Shown here piece by piece: positions 61,333 through 64,000 of a stretch of 64,000 nt of DNA; the first letter of the stretch is position 1; each line of letters opens with the position of its first letter. Origin of the DNA: an uncultured virus (IMG/VR IMGVR_UViG_3300048796_000130). Its lineage: Duplodnaviria; Heunggongvirae; Uroviricota; Caudoviricetes. Location of the stretch: IMG/VR virus record IMGVR_UViG_3300048796_000130; one strand, given 5' to 3'. Under the pieces are notes generated by a model. That model was not told the DNA's origin, searched no databases, and was given only the letters and a program-made list of their open reading frames with translations. Position numbers and translations under genes: made by a program.

Positions 61333-61529
61333 TTGCGAAAATTCCGCTCGGCTCCCGAATCCTGCTTTTTCGGACCGTGACACCAACCAACTCTTTCATC
61401 GCCTCGCCGGAATATTTTACGCGCTTCGGTCGAATTATTCCGGCGCTGAAACGCGGACCGTTTTATTTTACCGGCCTCATTTCTTGGAAGTGGGGCGAAA
61501 TTGAATTATCACTGAAACGCTGGTTGTGA
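61323..61529 (+). CDS. Small hypothetical protein
   Basis: Ends at the TGA of a repeat copy. Confidence 0.5.
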   Translation: MPVIAKIPLGSRILLFRTVTPTNSFIASPEYFTRFGRIIPALKRGPFYFTGLISWKWGEIELSLKRWL

Positions 61530-61560
61530 TCCCGCGCTCCCCAAGGAAGGAGAACCAACG

Positions 61561-61743
61561 ATGATTTTGAACCATAAACAGCGCCAAGCTATTCTCGCCC
61601 GAGTCGGCGACTTAGAAGACGATATATACCGCTGCAAGATGGGACTAGGGCGTGGAGGGCAGTCAGCGTCAGAAAAAGCCTCACTGGCGGAGAGAATTGC
61701 ACGCGCCGAAAACCTTATCGCCAAGCTGAAGGAAGGACTGTGA
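61561..61743 (+). CDS. Small helical protein
   Basis: RBS supplied by the repeat. Confidence 0.65.
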   Translation: MILNHKQRQAILARVGDLEDDIYRCKMGLGRGGQSASEKASLAERIARAENLIAKLKEGL

Positions 61744-62090
61744 ATTTGCGCCGCCGCCCCATCCCGCGCTCCAAACCCAAACCAGAATTCTCCCAGCACT
61801 ACGAGACCATTCTGGACGGAGCCGTTCTTCGCTACTTCGCCGACGGCAGGGAAGTGTGCGTAGACAACAAAGCCGGCTGGATCGAATACAAGCGCAGAGT
61901 TTCCGTGATGGTCCAGCGCCAAGGACGCCGTTGCTGCCTCTGTGAGAAGCCCCTGGCGCTGGGAAATGCCACTTTTGAGCACCAACGCCGCCGCGGCATG
62001 GGAGCGGCGTGGAGAGACGACCGGATTACAAAGGACGGGGAGGACTGGAACGGGGCGGCGCACTGGGTGTGCAATGGGGAGAGGGGCTAG
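61740..62090 (+). CDS. HNH-like endonuclease
   Basis: QGRRCCLC...ATFEH..RGMG...N.AAHWVCN. Confidence 0.7.
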   Translation: MNLRRRPIPRSKPKPEFSQHYETILDGAVLRYFADGREVCVDNKAGWIEYKRRVSVMVQRQGRRCCLCEKPLALGNATFEHQRRRGMGAAWRDDRITKDGEDWNGAAHWVCNGERG

Positions 62091-62365
62091 ATGAACTTTC
62101 CGCGCTGCCGAATAAACATCTGCGCTTTTTCAATCGTGGCCCATGCTTCGGAACATTCCATTAACTCGCTGATTTCAGGAGCCGTCGCTTGCCGGAGCGT
62201 TAGATCAGCACGGTAAATCAGTACCTGTCCGCAGTTTATGCAAATGCTGTAATCCCCCAACTCCGGTATATGATCCGCCCCACGTGCAATCGTTGCCGCA
62301 TCGAGTTTGTAATCACACTGCGGACAATGCGATTCAACTAATTTGTAAGATGGAAATTGGCTCAC
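62087..62365 (-). CDS. Zn-ribbon small protein
   Basis: CPQC...P..GD.SICINCG. Confidence 0.7.
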   Translation of the reverse strand: MSQFPSYKLVESHCPQCDYKLDAATIARGADHIPELGDYSICINCGQVLIYRADLTLRQATAPEISELMECSEAWATIEKAQMFIRQRGKFI

Positions 62366-62592
62366 CCTTCCTCCCTCCCTATCTTCTCCCGCTCCCCAAC
62401 TTCCGAAATTTCATAAGGCGTGTAAGACAGATTGCCTTCGTTGAGGCGGTTCAGCAGAGACAGCAACCGCACACCTTTCTTCTCTTTGTCCCACGTCATA
62501 GCCGTGAACGCACCAAGCGCCATTAAAACGATGTCGTAATCTTTCCGGCTCATCGTGAGGATTACTTGGCCGTTCTCTTCGGAGTAGCTCAT
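62362..62592 (-). CDS. Small hypothetical protein
   Basis: ATGA coupling to the MTase stop. Confidence 0.65.
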   Translation of the reverse strand: MSYSEENGQVILTMSRKDYDIVLMALGAFTAMTWDKEKKGVRLLSLLNRLNEGNLSYTPYEISEVGEREKIGREEG

Positions 62593-63971
62593 CGGCAGGC
62601 CTCCAGACATACTCTTATGAACTCCGCCGCAACTTGCGGAACGATTGCATCGCCGTATCCGCGCAGACAGAGAACTCGATGGGAAGCCCCATGAGCCAGC
62701 GGGAATATTCCGGGTTCAATTGGCCGGTACTTTTCGTCGCGGGCGTGCCACCAGTCGCAGTCGCCCCAGAATCCGCGAGTTGCGCCTGCCTCGGCAACTG
62801 ATCGAGCCGTGAGCGGATCGAGCCATCCGGGTCCACGCCAGTCTCGGATAAGGTTACTTGTGCGCTCAGAGCTTTGCCCCGTTTGTGATTCCAGCGGGCT
62901 TCGTTGTATTCGTCCGTTGCGCTCTCCGAACGGTAATCCCTGGCCGTAGGGCTGGCTACCGAACAGAGATTCGTCGCGCTCTGCAACGTGAAGTGGAATC
63001 CCGTCCTGCCTCCCGGTCCCCCGTCCGCATTCTGAGCTGCGGGTGTCGGTATCGTCGCCAGTTCCACTATCTTCCGCGAGTAGTCGTTGTTCCCCGCTGC
63101 GTTGTAGGTCTCCGTGGCTGGGGAGCCTGCCATTGGAGTTGGGACTGAGGCCAGTCTCGCGGTGTCGCACAATGCCAGACCATAATCCCTCCCTTCCGCC
63201 GTCACCATTCGCCCGCGTTCGTTCAGTACATTGTGACCCATCAGCGTCGGATGATCGTCCTGCTTGCGCGGTATCGGCACACTGCTTAGTTCCGCCACGT
63301 TCGATAGATCGTGCGGGAAGTAGTGGTGATCCGCTTCGGTGTTCCCCCGTGTCCGTTCGTCGTGCTTCTGGGGAGTCGGGACTGCGCTCAACATCGCTAT
63401 TCCATCCAAATCCATCCCGCCCGTATGCGTCTCTGTCGATTTCGCGTTCGGGCCGCCGCTCGGCGTGTTGGGCGTGGGCACAGAAGTACAGCCTTTGCCG
63501 GATGTGCGGCGCACCGACGCTGCACGCTCCAAGTACCGCCGCCCCAACGGAGTACGCCGCCGCTTCCAGGTCAACGTAAACAAGGTCGAGCCAGCCGTGT
63601 CCAATCGCGCTAGCAACCTGCTCTCCAAAGATTGTTGCAGGGCGGCACTCCCCGATGAGGCGTGACCAATGTGGCCAGAGGTGGCGAGGGTCTGCAAACC
63701 CTTTGCCTTTTCCTGCGGCGCTGAAGCTGGGACAGGGGCAACTTCCCGTCCAAACAGGTCGGTCATCGGGCCATCCCGCGAGACGCAGGGCGTAGCTCCA
63801 GACTCCAATGCCGGCGAAGAAATGGCACTGCCTGAATCCCCGTAACTCTTCGGCTCGAATTTCTGCGATGCTTCGCTCATCCACTTCTCCCGGTGCCACG
63901 ATGTTACGGCGAATTAATTCTCGAAGCCATGCGGCTTTCTGCGGATCGTTTTCGTTGTAATAGACACTCAC
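62589..63971 (-). CDS. DNA cytosine-C5 methyltransferase, catalytic polypeptide
   Basis: HFFAGIG (I), GSCPCPSFS (IV), GEQV (VI), PHIRQRLY (VIII), LRGYGDAIV (X); motif IX absent. Confidence 0.9.
   Translation of the reverse strand: MSVYYNENDPQKAAWLRELIRRNIVAPGEVDERSIAEIRAEELRGFRQCHFFAGIGVWSYALRLAGWPDDRPVWTGSCPCPSFSAAGKGKGFADPRHLWPHWSRLIGECRPATIFGEQVASAIGHGWLDLVYVDLEAAAYSVGAAVLGACSVGAPHIRQRLYFCAHAQHAERRPEREIDRDAYGRDGFGWNSDVERSPDSPEARRTDTGEHRSGSPLLPARSIERGGTKQCADTAQAGRSSDADGSQCTERTRANGDGGREGLWSGIVRHRETGLSPNSNGRLPSHGDLQRSGEQRLLAEDSGTGDDTDTRSSECGRGTGRQDGIPLHVAERDESLFGSQPYGQGLPFGERNGRIQRSPLESQTGQSSERTSNLIRDWRGPGWLDPLTARSVAEAGATRGFWGDCDWWHARDEKYRPIEPGIFPLAHGASHRVLCLRGYGDAIVPQVAAEFIRVCLEACR
62615..63880 (-). 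CDS. Overprinted second polypeptide of the C5-MTase (TRD-like repeats plus motif IX); start uncertain
   Basis: Six xPTP-type repeats and LNPEYSRWLMGLP in an alternative frame. Confidence 0.75.
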   Translation of the reverse strand: MSEASQKFEPKSYGDSGSAISSPALESGATPCVSRDGPMTDLFGREVAPVPASAPQEKAKGLQTLATSGHIGHASSGSAALQQSLESRLLARLDTAGSTLFTLTWKRRRTPLGRRYLERAASVRRTSGKGCTSVPTPNTPSGGPNAKSTETHTGGMDLDGIAMLSAVPTPQKHDERTRGNTEADHHYFPHDLSNVAELSSVPIPRKQDDHPTLMGHNVLNERGRMVTAEGRDYGLALCDTARLASVPTPMAGSPATETYNAAGNNDYSRKIVELATIPTPAAQNADGGPGGRTGFHFTLQSATNLCSVASPTARDYRSESATDEYNEARWNHKRGKALSAQVTLSETGVDPDGSIRSRLDQLPRQAQLADSGATATGGTPATKSTGQLNPEYSRWLMGLPIEFSVCADTAMQSFRKLRRSS

Positions 63972-64000
63972 TCAACCCTCCTCGACGGGACACTCGCAAA

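Larger units (their letters stand above)
59476..61563 (+). repeat. Dispersed intergenic repeat (GTGA)TCCCGCGCTCCCCAAGGAAGGAGA at 59476, 59821, 61072 and 61526
   Basis: Read directly; each copy lies between a stop codon and the next RBS/ATG. Confidence 0.85.
1..64000. mobile_element. Tailed dsDNA bacteriophage genome segment (podovirus-like); ends not visible
   Basis: Terminase, portal, scaffold, capsid, nozzle, fibre, lysozyme and many small early genes; no host housekeeping genes anywhere in the window. Confidence 0.95.

Noticed and set aside
59476..61563. Repeats interpreted as a CRISPR array or integron attC sites
   Set aside because: Spacing is irregular and gene-sized, the repeats are not palindromic, and no cas or intI gene is present.
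1..64000. tRNA or rRNA genes
   Set aside because: No cloverleaf with T-loop and acceptor stem was noticed by eye; tRNAscan-SE or ARAGORN would be needed to exclude them.

Overview
The whole window reads as part of one GC-rich tailed dsDNA phage genome. Podovirus-like morphology is inferred from gene content: portal, scaffold, major capsid, adaptor, nozzle and ejection proteins, with no tape measure or sheath. The host is probably a diderm bacterium rich in leaderless genes; Acidobacteria-like is a guess. From about 52 kb down to 3.2 kb a long minus-strand late region encodes head and tail proteins, a 3489-aa polyvalent DarB-like protein (J-domain, His-phosphatase, Acb1-like 2H phosphoesterase, N6-MTase, Strawberry-notch-type SF2 helicase), a terminase large subunit split over two ORFs, giant fibre/spike proteins and a lysis cassette. 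A serine resolvase, a receiver-less PhoB/OmpR-type regulator, a divergent switch at about 55.75 kb, a plus-strand early region of small repeat-bounded genes, and Dam- and Dcm-type methyltransferases make up the rest. No polymerase, primase, integrase, tRNA or CRISPR array was recognised. The most unusual signals are: (1) four fibre/virion-type proteins with Sec signal peptides, most with Gln at +1 and rich in Cys, one with an S74 chaperone; (2) small +1-frame ORFs overprinted in the linkers of the polyvalent protein, two with identical TAGAAT-N6-ATG leaderless starts; (3) nine ATCGCC-N6-GGCGAT-like palindromes in and around the Dam gene; (4) a C5-MTase with a second overprinted polypeptide carrying six TRD-like repeats; (5) a shared C-terminal DHPxxxLR motif on three small late proteins. 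All protein assignments come from recognising motifs by eye; no database searches were run.
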